DNA of 63,000 nucleotides, counting the filler, from Basidiobolus meristosporus CBS 931.73 (lineage: Eukaryota > Fungi > Basidiobolomycota): the NCBI GenBank assembly GCA_002104905.1. It is 3 parts of 3 records of this genome, joined end to end, with 100 filler letters (N's around TTAATTAATTAA, not from the genome) between each part and the next. Parts side by side here need not be neighbours in the genome. Positions count along the whole stretch, not along the records: positions 47,554 to 63,000 come from MCFE01001146.1; 2 more parts are not named here. One strand, given 5' to 3'. Shown piece by piece: positions 60,901 to 63,000 of this stretch. The notes under the pieces are model-generated. The model worked only from the letters and a program-made list of their open reading frames with translations. It did not search any database and was not told where the DNA came from. Numbering within the stretch: the stretch's first letter is position 1; every line of letters starts with the position of its first letter. The position numbers were made by a program, and so were the translations under genes.

Positions 60901-62750
60901 CCAAGACCGCCAACATCAGAAACGCCCTCCTTGCGTGTGGTAAGTTCTTTGCCCGGGCCTCTCCAGCAGTTCGATCGCTCACTCGACGTAGAAAAATTCC
61001 CGGTTCTTATCCAGTTCTTCACTCAACACCTCGGAAACTTCCCGGAGATCGTTCACAGGTAGCTGGTCGGACAACGGCTCGATTCCACCGCAACTCCTAA
61101 CCCATCCCAAGTGCTTTGATTCAAGCCATCACTCTAGTCATCTCGGGTGCTTCGTCGGAGGTGCAACGCCAGCAATACTTTGGCCTTGTGACTGGCGCCG
61201 TGGAGGTAAGTCCCGCCATCCTGCCCATGGATTGTTCAGCCCCATTCACCTCGGCCGAGTAGAAGCAATTCGTCGCCGTGCTCCAGCGCCCTGATTTCAA
61301 TCAAGTCTACCAGAACTCCGATGTCATTTCCCAAGTGCTGAACTCGCTTGATGTACGTATTCTTGCTCCCTGCCGCCCGGCCGTTGCTAACACCCCTGCC
61401 CCAGATGCTCGATGGACTGGCCTTGGCTGCCGACCCCTTCAACACCAAGTATATCCACGCGTTTGCTTCCCGGTTCTTCGAAAGCCTTGCCCAGCTTCTC
61501 AATATTTATCAACGCCACCCTGAAGTGGAGATCCAGATCATCCAGCTGCTTTCGTCCTTGTGCAAATATCTGGTGAGTGCCGCGGAGTCTGTATCGTTCT
61601 GCTGCGTCTAACCCCCCTCGGAACTCAGGACTTTAGTGAGCTCGAGGCGCACCAGGTCAGAGACTTCTATCTGGTCATCGGAAACGCCATCAAGGTCTAT
61701 TCTACCCAGAGCCTTAGTAAGCGTCTATTCAACCTCAACCTCAGCCTCAACCCCCACCACGCATCTGCCCTAACCCCTCCCAAGACAAGGCCAGGGATCG
61801 CAATTACGACAAGCAGCAGGAGAACCCTTACCAAGACATCGTTGCCTTCACCAAGCTGTTGTTGGCTCTGATCGTCTCTGAGCCCTCGGCCGCCGACGTC
61901 GCCGAAATCCTCTTCTTCGGAACAAACCAACTGATTCCCCTGATGACCTTGGAGATGCTCGAGGTTGGTGCCTCGATGTAATGTGGGTGGGTCCCCGTCG
62001 CGCTAACCTCGTCTTTGCTTAGATCCCCAAGATCTGCGGCGATTATGTGGAGCTTATTGCCCAGTTGATTGACCGTTACCACGACAGACTGGTCAACCTT
62101 CCATCCGACCTATTCGTAAGCCTGATGCAGTCCCTGGAGTACGCGCTCAGACAATATCCTTTCTATGCCAGACACCACTGCTAGCTTCGTGGCCCCTAGG
62201 CTCCTTGACTCGTGTCCCCACCCCTATCTATGACATCTCTAGGTTAGCCTTCCAGTCCATAGCCTCCCTGGCCCTATTCTTCGCCAACAACCCCTCTGCC
62301 AAAGGTACGCCCACTGTCCAGCTTCCCATTCGTCGCTCTGACTAACTTCCCTGCAGAGTTCCTCCTTCCGACCATGCGGAAGTTCCTGGACCAGATCATG
62401 AACATGCTGCTGTACGAGGAATTCGACATGGACTTGCTCGAACCGGCTAGCGAAGCCTTGTACTTGCTAATCGCTTCCCAACAGGTAGCCACCCCCTCAC
62501 ATGACCTGCCCTCGCACCCCGTATTGAACTCCCTTCCACTTAGGAGCAATTGAGCGTCATCGCCCACACCGTCATTCAGCAACAAGTCAACCCGCAAGTC
62601 CAGGTGAGATTGTCCGGCTACTTCACCCACCTCCAGCAATCCATACCCGCGGTGCAAACGTATCCGCTGATGGCGAATTGCTCCGCCGGCTTCCGAGACA
62701 CCCTCACGAAATTCTTGATGGACATTCGAGGTGTCTTGCGAGTCAAATAA
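57925..62750 (+). CDS. XPO4: Exportin-4, about two dozen short introns
   Basis: Spliced N-terminus ...AAEQTLLAFQKTPNVLPVCQYILEHATNSMLLFHAVTAMKECFAREY...LLNYVFQKPNLERYVCEQVLQVVAVIMKR, internal LLHEQIHWLLLIAGHVLCDGGQGEKPLVP and C-terminal ...MDIRGVLRVK parallel metazoan XPO4 as recalled. Confidence 0.9.
62154..62221 (+). other. U12-type AT-AC intron (68 nt, phase 2) in XPO4
   Basis: 5' ATATCCTTT, branch TCCTTGAC at 62202-62209, 3' ...CCCCAC. Excision gives SLEYALRHPIYDISRLAFQSI in frame. Confidence 0.88.
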
Positions 62751-63000
62751 TTCCAATCCTCTATAATAAACCTTTTGTTTTCTTCCCATGGATGTATCTG
62801 CCGGTACTCTCGCAGCTGTCCTGTGCTTAGGGGTCTGCTAACCTGTGAATTCATTTAGATACATTGGCTTTTTAGCATAGGGTGGTTGGTTCATACTCTT
62901 TCTTGAATTCCTTGAAATTCCCAATCATGCCAGTTTTCCATAATACTACAGTTCAAACAAGAAGGATATCATTGTCTTGTATATATATATCATCAAAGTT

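Overview
Eukaryotic genomic DNA from an intron-rich fungus, most likely an early-diverging lineage (Zoopagomycota/Mucoromycota; Basidiobolus-like is only an inference). The window has three zones. (1) 1-22.4 kb is genic: a partial 7TM GPCR-like gene, ASE1/PRC1, a 1265-aa secreted Lys-rich repeat protein, an Srp1-type SR splicing factor, a 379-aa secreted modular protein with (DAKKD)23 and Kex2-type sites, a Pcl-type cyclin and a DUF3020 gene. (2) About 22.6-50.7 kb is an AT-rich, CpG-depleted nested transposon island with two 100-N scaffold gaps. It is dominated by one Ty1/copia family (about 350-bp TGTTG...CAACA LTR, half-tRNAiMet PBS GGTTATGAGCCC, LISSPP in the integrase tail). It also holds a dead CACTA/EnSpm transposase, a Ty3/gypsy remnant and a 736-bp foldback palindrome. 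(3) 51-63 kb is GC-rich and genic: WrbA/Pst2 quinone reductase, a CsbD-like gene, a Pro-rich coiled-coil orphan, a 68-aa two-exon membrane microprotein missed by the ORF track, phosphoglucomutase and exportin-4. The strongest single discovery is a U12-type (minor spliceosome) AT-AC intron in XPO4 at 62154-62221. The two secreted charged-repeat proteins and the Ty5-like features of the copia family are the next most interesting. All calls are from reading the sequence; no database searches were run.
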